DNA of 60,089 nt, taken from positions 1-60,089 of IMG/VR virus record IMGVR_UViG_3300028706_000329; one strand, 5' to 3'. Positions 31,828 to 41,700 of this stretch are shown here, in pieces (within the stretch, counting starts at the first letter, position 1; the number at the start of each line of letters is the position of its first letter). A program made the translations under genes and the position numbers. A model generated the notes under the pieces. The model was not told the DNA's origin. It searched no databases and saw only the letters and a list, made by a program, of their open reading frames with translations. This DNA is from a virus (taxonomy: Duplodnaviria > Caudoviricetes).

Positions 31828-33422
31828 TGAAAAAAATAACTTTAGTTACTGGATTTTGGGATATAGGCAGAAACAATCTTGAGGGGCATTGGAAAAGAAG
31901 TGAGCAATCTTATATAGATAAATTAAATAGTTTATTAAAAATTGGGCACAATTTTATAGTGTTTGGTGATGATGATTTAAAAAGTAAAATACCGGACAGT
32001 GAAAACATACAGTTTATACATAAAGATTTAAACTGGTTTAAAAATGATTTTTTTGATAGTATACAAAAAATTAGAACTGATAAAAATTGGTATAATCAAT
32101 CTAGTTGGTTACCCGAATCCACGCAAGCGAAGCTCGAATACTACAATCCAGTAGTAATGTCTAAAATGATGCTTTTAAATGATGCTAGAATATTAGATAA
32201 GTTTGACAGCGATTACATGTTTTGGATTGATGCGGGCATATCTACTACTGTTCATTTAGGGTATTTTACTCACGATAATGTATTATCTAATATTGTAGAA
32301 AATTTAAATAATTTTTTATTTGTGTGTTTTCCGTATAAAGCAGAAAATGAAATTCATGGATTTTCGTACCCCGCAATAAATAAATATTGTAATAATGAAA
32401 ATGTTGAGTATGTGGCTAGAGCAGGGTTTTTTGGAGGTAAGAAAAAAGATATTGAAAAAATATTTTTTAATTACTACAGGTTGTTAAGTAGAACACTATC
32501 TGATGGTTATATGGGAACAGAAGAAAGCATATTTAGTATTATGCTTTATAAACATAAAGATTTAATTGAAAAGTTTATAATAAACGAAGATGGTCTTTTA
32601 AGCACATTTTTTGAAGCAGCTAAAAATAAAAACATATTTAAAACTAGAATTGGTTTGTACGCAATAAGTTTTAATTCACCAAATCAATTTAAAAAACTAT
32701 GTAAAAGCATAATTAAATATGATCCTGCTTTTATAAAAAATACTGAAAAGTATTTACTAAACAATTCTACTAAACCAGAGTTTAATAAAGACTATAATAA
32801 AATTTGTAAACAGTATGGATTTACAGAAATTAAAAAAAACAATATTGGAATATGCGGTGGAAGACAATTTATAGCTGAACATTTTGAAAAAGCTGAGTTG
32901 GATTATTATTATTTTTTTGAAGACGATATGTTGTTTTATGATGGAAAAGAAAATAAATGTGAAAATGGCTTTGTTAGAAAAGTAAAAAATATATTTAATA
33001 AAACAGTAAACATTATAAAATCTGAAAAACTAGATTTTTTAAAATTAAACTTTACTGAATTTTTTGGAAATAACTCAGAACAATGGGCTTGGCATAATTT
33101 ACCTGAAAATAAAAGAATTGAATATTTTGGTGATTTACCTCATAAACCTTTTGTTTCTTATAATAACATTAAATCTTATAAAAAACTAGCATATGCTACA
33201 GGGGAGGTTTATTATTGTAATTGGCCTCAAATAGTTTCAAAAAAAGGTAATAAAGAAATGTTTATAAAAAAACCTTTTGAGCACCCATTTGAACAAACAT
33301 GGATGTCTGATATATACCAAAAATATAAAAAAAATATAATTAAGTCCGCAGTGCTACTGGCTTCACCTACAGAGCATAATAGATTTGAGCATTATGAAAA
33401 AGAGGAAAGAAAAGAAAATTAA
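31827..33422 (+). CDS. Two-domain putative glycosyltransferase: HtrL/YibB-like + GT-A-like
   Basis: ITLVTGFWDIGR, Y..V.MSK, FWIDAG, GFFGG, GTEE in the N-terminal half; NIGICGGRQ...YYFFEDDM in the C-terminal half; TAATG coupling to GT60. Confidence 0.75.
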   Translation: MKKITLVTGFWDIGRNNLEGHWKRSEQSYIDKLNSLLKIGHNFIVFGDDDLKSKIPDSENIQFIHKDLNWFKNDFFDSIQKIRTDKNWYNQSSWLPESTQAKLEYYNPVVMSKMMLLNDARILDKFDSDYMFWIDAGISTTVHLGYFTHDNVLSNIVENLNNFLFVCFPYKAENEIHGFSYPAINKYCNNENVEYVARAGFFGGKKKDIEKIFFNYYRLLSRTLSDGYMGTEESIFSIMLYKHKDLIEKFIINEDGLLSTFFEAAKNKNIFKTRIGLYAISFNSPNQFKKLCKSIIKYDPAFIKNTEKYLLNNSTKPEFNKDYNKICKQYGFTEIKKNNIGICGGRQFIAEHFEKAELDYYYFFEDDMLFYDGKENKCENGFVRKVKNIFNKTVNIIKSEKLDFLKLNFTEFFGNNSEQWAWHNLPENKRIEYFGDLPHKPFVSYNNIKSYKKLAYATGEVYYCNWPQIVSKKGNKEMFIKKPFEHPFEQTWMSDIYQKYKKNIIKSAVLLASPTEHNRFEHYEKEERKEN

Positions 33423-33437
33423 TAATAGTATAATTAA

Positions 33438-33447
33438 CGTAATAATA
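33438..33447 (+). promoter_or_regulatory. Class B promoter-like motif CGTAATAATA
   Basis: Intergenic, 5 nt before ATG 33453. Confidence 0.45.
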
Positions 33448-33452
33448 ACAAT

Positions 33453-33773
33453 ATGAGTTCAATAACATTAAACGCTTCATTTGATAAAAATGTATCATTA
33501 CAAATAAATGATGTTATATATTATCAAAATGTTGCAGGTGGAACCAAAAGAATAGGTCCTTTGATTTCAAAATCAAACACTACTATTACATGCACCGTAG
33601 ATGGCGATGTTAGTAGCCTTAACAATGGTAATTTTTTGTTTTTTGTTAAAGAAAACGAAATTAACACTTCTAGTTTAATAGGCTATTTTGCAGAAATAGA
33701 TTTTACAAACGATTCACGGGAATATGCAGAGTTATTTGCTGTAAATTCAGAAATTTCAATAAGTAGTAATTAA
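33453..33773 (+). CDS. Small tail-associated structural protein
   Basis: N.SLQ..D..YY...F.FF.K...NTSSL.GYFAE...ELFAV.SE. Confidence 0.7.
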   Translation: MSSITLNASFDKNVSLQINDVIYYQNVAGGTKRIGPLISKSNTTITCTVDGDVSSLNNGNFLFFVKENEINTSSLIGYFAEIDFTNDSREYAELFAVNSEISISSN

Positions 33774-33785
33774 AAAATAAAAAAC

Positions 33786-34433
33786 ATGGCAGCAGGAACA
33801 GCAGCAAAAATAGCAATCAAAGCATTACCCGGGGTAATTAAAGGTATCGGAGGTTTATTTGGAGCAAAGGGAGCACAGTCAAGAGTTTCAAGCGCGCAGG
33901 GAAAATATGATAATGCAATGCAAACATTTGAGGGGTTTGAATTTGAAAACCCATATGCTAAACTTGATAACAAAATGGACAATATTGAACTTGCAACTCA
34001 GTCAGCAGAATTAGAATATCAAGAACAGCAAGCTACATTAGCCCAAACGCTAGATGCTCTCCGTGGTGGCGGGGGTGGAACGGGAACCGCGGCTGTTGCG
34101 CAAGCAGTTGCAAGACAACAAATGGCGGGTCAGCAAAGAATATCAGCAAAGTTAGAACAGCAAGAAATGCAAAACGAATTGAGGTCTAGACAAGCGGCTA
34201 TGCAATTACAGCAACTTGAAGCACAAGGAGCAATGAAAGTGCAAGGAATGGAATTTGACAGACAGTCTACTATAGTAGGTATGAGACAACAAGAATTAGC
34301 AGGGGCTTTAGAAGCGCAAGCTGAAAACAAAAGTTCTATGTTTGAAGGTCTTGGAAGTTTAGCTCTAGGAGGAGCAGCGGGCGGGTTGTTTGGTGATAAA
34401 GTTAAGGGTTTTATAGATAAAATAGGAGAATAA
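33786..34433 (+). CDS. Ejection/internal virion protein (putative)
   Basis: Ala/Gln/Gly-rich helical protein with Gly-rich hydrophobic termini. Confidence 0.65.
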   Translation: MAAGTAAKIAIKALPGVIKGIGGLFGAKGAQSRVSSAQGKYDNAMQTFEGFEFENPYAKLDNKMDNIELATQSAELEYQEQQATLAQTLDALRGGGGGTGTAAVAQAVARQQMAGQQRISAKLEQQEMQNELRSRQAAMQLQQLEAQGAMKVQGMEFDRQSTIVGMRQQELAGALEAQAENKSSMFEGLGSLALGGAAGGLFGDKVKGFIDKIGE

Positions 34434-34435
34434 TT

Positions 34436-35794
34436 ATGGCAGCAGATAAAGGATTAATAGCGGGTGCAGCAGCATTAGCAAAAGCGCAATCAAAAGCGGG
34501 ATCAGCCGCTGTAACAGGATTAGGAAAAGCGGCAAAAGATTTTTCAACAAATGTTGACTTAATACTTAAGGAACAAGCAAAACAAGACGAAGCGGCTAAA
34601 AAGCAAAAAGCAGCTGATTTAAAAAACATGGCTAGCCTTAATAAAAGTAACGCGTTAGTCCAAGGCGTGATTAGAGAGCAAGATAGAAAGCTTTTGCAAG
34701 GTGAGTATGAAACTCATTTTTCTTCTGGTTCAGCAGACATAAACAGCGGGGCGTGGAATGAGGGTGGTATGATAGATTTTCAAAACAGGGATAATTCATT
34801 GGGCTCTTTTGCTAAAAATATAAACGGAGTAGAAGCGGACTTTGCTGCAGGACAGGAGAGGCTTCAACTAGGGGTCCCAAGTGATGCTATTAGCATTGAA
34901 GATAGACGCTATAAAATATTCACGGGTTATGGAAATTCTGAGTACACATGGGAAGATAAAACGGATGGAAAAGGTAAAGGGTTACAAAATAAAATAAGAA
35001 ATTTTGAAGGAATTGGGCAAGTAACCGATGAGGAAATTAAAGAAGCTATTGCATACGGTACACAAACAAAAAACGTTAAACAAATAACAGATTATTCTAA
35101 TACAGTTCAACAAGGATTTGCAAGAGCAGACAGCGAATTTAAGGCTGAAAGTGTAATAACAAATATACTAAATCAAAACAGTACAAATGAGCAGATGGAA
35201 AATCTTTTAACAAATGTTTATGATAGCAGAGACAGTGGAACACCGTTAAACATAACTACTTTAAAAAATGAAGAAAAAGATTTAAATGATGAAAATGAAT
35301 ATAATAAGTATTTAAAAGATTTATTAAAAGGACAGTTAGAAATAGATAAAGCTTCGCATTATCAGGAACCGCCTGAAGATAAACCAGACGAAGTAGATGA
35401 GAGTAGAACATCTGCTACCAACACAGCTAATACTATGATAGGGCAATTAGGTAAAGGGGTTGAAGGTGTTACAAACTTTTTAACATCATTTTGGGAAGAT
35501 CCTAGCCAAGGTGCTTCAAACACAAAAGTAACTAATAATGGAAACAATGTTAGAATAGTTACAGACCAAATTCAAAAAGTAAGTAAAACTACTGGATTAC
35601 CAGAGTTTGAAGAAGATGGTAAAACACCTATATATATAGATGTAACAAGAAATTACAATCTTAAAGACACTCAAAGTTTATATAATTTTGTAAACCAAGT
35701 TATTAATAACAGTAATTTAAGTACAAAAGTTAAAAATATATTAAAAGAAAAACCTGCTTCATTCTGGGCTGCTTCTATTAATAATAACAATTAA
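34436..35794 (+). CDS. Ejection/internal virion protein (putative)
   Basis: 452 aa, between the Ala/Gln-rich protein and the giant protein. Confidence 0.6.
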   Translation: MAADKGLIAGAAALAKAQSKAGSAAVTGLGKAAKDFSTNVDLILKEQAKQDEAAKKQKAADLKNMASLNKSNALVQGVIREQDRKLLQGEYETHFSSGSADINSGAWNEGGMIDFQNRDNSLGSFAKNINGVEADFAAGQERLQLGVPSDAISIEDRRYKIFTGYGNSEYTWEDKTDGKGKGLQNKIRNFEGIGQVTDEEIKEAIAYGTQTKNVKQITDYSNTVQQGFARADSEFKAESVITNILNQNSTNEQMENLLTNVYDSRDSGTPLNITTLKNEEKDLNDENEYNKYLKDLLKGQLEIDKASHYQEPPEDKPDEVDESRTSATNTANTMIGQLGKGVEGVTNFLTSFWEDPSQGASNTKVTNNGNNVRIVTDQIQKVSKTTGLPEFEEDGKTPIYIDVTRNYNLKDTQSLYNFVNQVINNSNLSTKVKNILKEKPASFWAASINNNN

Positions 35795-35797
35795 ATC

Positions 35798-38700
35798 ATG
35801 GAAGAAATCTATTTAGGTAGTGACGGAAAGGAATATTCTGCTTCAGACCTTCAAGAATATGCGAGTCAATTAAATTTAGACTTTGAAGAATACCTTCAAA
35901 AATTCCAGTTCACATCGAAAACAAGTGAGCCGGGAAAGTTAAAACCTACAAGTCCGGGTGTGCCTGTAGAGACAATTGCAGCACCCGATATGGAATCCAG
36001 CTCGGAAGATACTTCTTTGGAGTCACCTCAAAGGGGTGAAAATTTTATTGATAAACCACCTGGAAAATATATAACATTAAATATAAATGGAAAACCTCAG
36101 GATCTTACTGAGGAAGCGTACAATAGGGAATACGCTGGTAATCAAGAATATCCTAATTCTTTTGACGAGTATGTATCTGAACTTCAAAAAAACCCTAAGT
36201 TTCAAAATTTAAAAATAAAAGATTTTCAACAACCTAATTTAGAAGGCGTAACTGTTGTTGGTGAAAAACCAACAGATGGGTATAATATTGATGTTGACCC
36301 TGTTAAAGTGGCAAAAGGGTTTGTAATGGGTGGTCCCGTAGGGCTTGTTGCTGGCGCTATTAGTGGAACCACAATTGAAAAAGATAAATCAATTGAAGAA
36401 AAAGTTGTTGAGTTCCAAGACGGTTTATTAAAAATTGATGAAGAGTCTGAAAAAGAAAAGATAGTAAAACAATATTTTAATTTAAGCACAAACGCTATAT
36501 TTGGTATACCAGTTGCTAGAAACCCTGAATATTTTCCCCAAACAGAAGAAAGAAAAATACAAAAAACGCAACAAGGGAAAGACTATAATGAAAGAATGAA
36601 AGAAGAAGATTTACAAAAATCTTTAGGTGCTAGAAAATATGAACAGTGGAAAAAAATTACTGCTCAATTACAAAGTAATAATGAAGAGCTTACGTTAGAA
36701 AATATTGCTGAATCTTTTAATATAAATGAAGCTAAACAAACAGAAAAAGAAGGTGCTGAAATTAACAATATTGTATTCGAAGGAAAACAAAATTACGCAA
36801 GAAATTATATTACAAAAAATCTTACAGGACTAGGAGGGGATGTCGATAGTAGAGTGCAATACCTGCTTGATGGACTAGGAGAGGGTTTCAAAGATGAGTT
36901 AAATTTTCAAAAAAACAAAAGTCAGCAAGACCGTATAGACTTTGAAAAAAACTTTGGTAGACCATTGGTAAGAACAGAAGTAATAGACGGGAGAAAATAT
37001 GAACCCGAAGGTGTTACTAGCACATTTAAAAATGTGTTCGAAAATACAATTAAAAAATTAGAAAATAATAAAGATTCTCTTACGGCCACGACTAAAAGAC
37101 TTGAGGGAAAATTTAAAGAGATGAATTATGTTCAAGAAAAATATGGGGACAAAATAAAAATAGCTCAGGAAAATGGCGACTATGAGCAAGTAGAAAGGTT
37201 AAAACAAAACCCAGAATTATTGGCTTCAAATGAAACTTTAATTAGTTTACAAGAAGAAGGCAAGGTAGTATTGGCTAGGTGGCAGGAAGCTATGGATATA
37301 TATGAAAAAATACCAGATAGTCAGGCGGCTCTAAACCAACTGAGCAAAAATTATAATTTATTTGATAGATTTTTACATAAAAATGAACAAGCTTTTTTAG
37401 GTAGCGCTGCAATGTATCTTGGTAAATCTGCTGAGTGGTCTGGTAATTTATTAAATTTAATTCCAGGTGTTAATATTGAATCTAATGGGGATTTAGCAAA
37501 AGCCGCAACAGATTATAACAAAGCACTTCAAATTAAAGATGAAAAACAATTTCCTAAAGCATTAAATGTATTTCAAGAAGACTTAGGCTGGTATTCTGTA
37601 ACAGAAGCACTTGTAAACAATTCTCCTTCAATAATAGCTTTAGCTCTTTTTAGAGGTGGTGGAAGCACAAAAGGGCTTAATAGAACTAGAGAAAAATTGA
37701 AAAATTTTGGCAAAGTTTCTAATTTACCAAGCGGAAATACTACAGCGCTTAATAGAGCTTTTGCTGGTCCTATGGCTGCATTTTTTACAATGGAAGCTGG
37801 TGGACAAGCATCTAATCTTGAAATTAGTCAAAGAGAGGCGCAACAAAATATTAATTTTTTAAAAGCACAACTTGAATCTACTGAGGGGGAGTTTGAGAAA
37901 AATGAAATAATTCAAGAAATATCAAATCAAGAAAATATATTAAATTTAGAAGAATGGCAAAAAGCTCTTAATGTTAATTCTTACGGTGCAATTGCAACAC
38001 TTGCGGAGAGATTTGGTACTTTAAGATCTATGCAAAGGTTTAGTAGAATGTCACGAGCAGTTGGTCTTAATAATTTTAGAAAACTAACCGGAGAGCACAT
38101 GGGTAAAGTTATATCAGAAGGCATTGGTACAATAAAAGGGCTAGGGACTGGTGTCGGTATTGAAATATTAGAAGAAACATTTACTCAAATAGGACATAAC
38201 TATTTAGATAATACAATAGGCATAAATAAAAGTCTTTTAGAAGGAACAGATCCTGAGTTTTTTAAAAATGTTGCAATTATATCTATGGCAATATTAGGGC
38301 CATCAGTGTCTACTAATATTTATAATTCCGTATCTAGCACGCTAAAAACTCAAGCTGAACAACAAAAAAATAGACAATTAGAAGAAGAGCTGGTTAATAT
38401 ACAATTAAGGCTTAACAAGATTGATGGTAGAACAACAGAGGGCAGAAGGTTAAAAAAAGAAAGAGACGAAAAAATGAAAGAGTCAGCGTTCTTCCAAATG
38501 GTATCATTAGGGGGAAAAGCTGATATGTCAAAAGAAGACCATTTAGCTGCGTTTGATATTGAAGCTGAAAAAAATAGAAGATTGCAAGAAGCGTATGATG
38601 CAGGGTTAGATGCTTTATCTATTGATGGTGCTGTAGATAATTACAGTAGAAATAGAATGAAATACCTTAAAGATGATATTGCTGAATTAGATAAACGAAA

Positions 38701-41700
38701 AGAAGAAATCTTTAAAAATTATAATGATGAATACTTAACGCGTATAGCAAAAGATGACAAAGAAGGTTCAGAACAAAGAGGACAAAGACTTTTTAATCTT
38801 GGAATGTATAATTTTTCTAAAAGCTTATTAAAAGCAACCGATGGTGTTAATGTTAACACAATAACTACTCCTGCTGACTTATTAGAGTTTGAAAGTAAAT
38901 TAAAAAGAAAAGACTATCTTGCTTTAGAAGAGGCACTGCAAGGTGGATTAGTAACCGCTTCCCATGTTGGCAATGAAATATTTATATTCGAAGATAATTA
39001 TTTTAAAAACCAAGCAAATGAAAAATTAAGTAAAACAGAGCGTGAGGTAGCGAGTGTAGCTGCTTTGCATGAACTTGGCCACATACAAGCTAAAAATGCT
39101 GGTATAATAAAAGACGATAAATTAGTAGGTGATGCTAGATCTGTTATAACTGGTATAATAGCAGATGTTAAAAGTAGATATGAATCTGGCAGATTATCAA
39201 AAGAACAATACAATACATTTAATGCAAGAATTGAAGGGTATAGAATAAAAGGAGAATATAAGCATACAGATGGTAGAACAGTTGCTGGTAAAGAAATTAA
39301 CGGTGTTGATGTTGATGAGTTAATACAATTAGTTGCAGATTTTAAAACGTTAGGTATACTTCCAAAAAGTAGTTTTAATAATTTATATAGTTTAAAAGCA
39401 TTTATTAATAACTTTTTATCATTAAAAAACAAAAGTTCTTTAGCGTTTAAAATAAATACAGCTGAAGATGTAAATGGTTTTATTAATAGTTGGCAAGGTA
39501 AAGCGGCATCCGCAACAAGTGTACAACAAATTGATAAAGAAGAAGAGGTTAAATTTTCTAAAACTTTATTTGAAACAATAGATAGTTTTATACCAAAAAA
39601 TATTAAAACTAAAGCGGAATATGATGTATTTACTCGTTCACCAGAAGGAGTAAAAATATTTAATTCTATATATACAGGGGCCATTGCTGCAAATATAAGA
39701 AAAGATCGTTCGTTTCAAGAAGCTGAAAAAGTAATTCAAAGTGTTGTAACAAGAGTATTAGGATTTAATCCTGAACAAGTTAGAAAAGACGGCACTGTTG
39801 TTGGTAGAGAAGGCTTTGTTGAAAGAGTAATGTCGGATACAAGGTTTGCTACATTAGACGCTAAAGAAGCTTTAGCTATAGAAAGTAAAAAAAGAAAAAA
39901 AGAAGATAATCTTGATGAAAGCGCAGCTGCTGAAAGATCAACAATGCAATTAGCTGATGAGTCTACATCAATAGAATTTGAGTTAGACAATAAAAAGAAA
40001 GAAGATGATAAGCCAATATTTTCAGATGCTTTAGAATTATCTGAAGACACTAAACAAGAAATTGTAGTAGCCACGGCTAAATCGTTTCCTTTAGTTGAAA
40101 AAGGCGTTGACAAAACTTATTATATTACTAAAAAAGAAACCGGAAAAGTAATTACTGTTACTAAAGAGCAATATAAAAAATTAAAAGAAAATAAAAACTA
40201 TGAAAACCCTCGTGTTGAATCTAAAATAACTAATTATAAATCGTATAAACAGGGTTTACAAAAATTATCTTATATACAATTAAAACCCACGATTAATAAA
40301 CTTGTTAAAACCATGGGATTTGAAAAGTTTGTTAATAAATATTTTGACGTTATATACAACAAGTTGCCTCAATCAGTAATAAATAAAAGATATTCTACTG
40401 ACAAGCTTAGCTCATCTACCTTTATAGGTAAAAAAACAGGTAGAGAAACTATTGGTGCTGGTAAAGCTATAACGGAAAAAGTAAAAGTTAATAAAACAGA
40501 TTTTATAAATTATTTTGTAAATAGAGAAATGTTATCTCAAACTAGAAGCGATAGACAAACTGGTTTAATAGAGGTTATAACTAATGAGTTAAGTGCGGAT
40601 GTTGCAGTAGATATAATAGAGGGTAATATAGAAGTCAAAGACAAAGGTAAAGAACTAGATGTATTAGCTTTAATGGATGTGTCTGGCTTCCAATTAGAAA
40701 ATACTTTTTATGATAAATTAGAAAAAGCATTGGAAAGAGACAATCTTAGCATTGCGGTATTAGATGATAAAAATCAGAAATCTAGTAATATTAAATTTAG
40801 TAAAACAATTGGAGTGGCTAGAGAGCAAGGCATGAATGAGCAGGATCTTTATAAGTTTGTAAAATTAGCAAAAGCCAGCAAGGACAAAGCGCTAAGAAAA
40901 AACCCTGAACTAATGCAAGCTTTTCAAGATGATATACAAGAAACGTCATGGAAAGGTTATGAGCAAAGAGGGTTTTTAAACTTTGTACTGGCTAATAAAG
41001 ACAATCCTGAAATAACTATTGACCAAAAAGAAATAACAGCAGAAAGCAATACTAAAATTGATTTAAGGTTTGAGTGGAAAGGTCAAAAGCTTGGAATGGA
41101 AATTAAAAAAGGAATTAAAGGTGCTGCTAGATATAATGGGGGAAGAGCAAGGGGTACTACCTTAAACAACTTAACCACTGAGTATGATTACATTAATGAA
41201 ATAATTAAAAGTAAAAAATTTAAAAGTACTGTTGGTAAAGCATTAAAAAAATGGCAAGAAGAGCTTCAGGAATTATCTGGTAAAAAAATACAGTTTTTTA
41301 AAGATACAAATGGGGTAATCTCTGGAACCACTGATTTTGTTTCAAGAGAAGTACACAAGCAGATGAAGGAAAGTGGTTTACAGCAGGCTGTATCAGGTGG
41401 ATTTAGGTTTCCTATTGATATGAAACACATTAGATCTCATTCTATTAATATGGACAAAAATGGGTATAAGGGTGCGTACATGTTAATCAATACTGAAGGA
41501 TTTTCATTAGCAAATGATCAATTAAATACGTCAGCTCCTTTATTAGAGGGGGAAGCTTATATTGAATTTAAAATTAAGTGGGACCCTAAAAAAGCAAGTG
41601 GTGAGACTAGATCGGAATCCAGTGAGGGTAATTATGCTTTTGCTTTTGAAGCGAGAATTGAAAGCTTAAAAAACAAGGGAATACCATTAGCATCTTTAAA

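Noticed and set aside
30601-33422. DNA-hypermodification glycosyltransferases
   Set aside because: Located in the virion operon; ThyA looks like an ordinary thymidylate synthase; no hydroxymethylase partner was recognised; GT60 motifs point to peptide acceptors. Not formally excluded.
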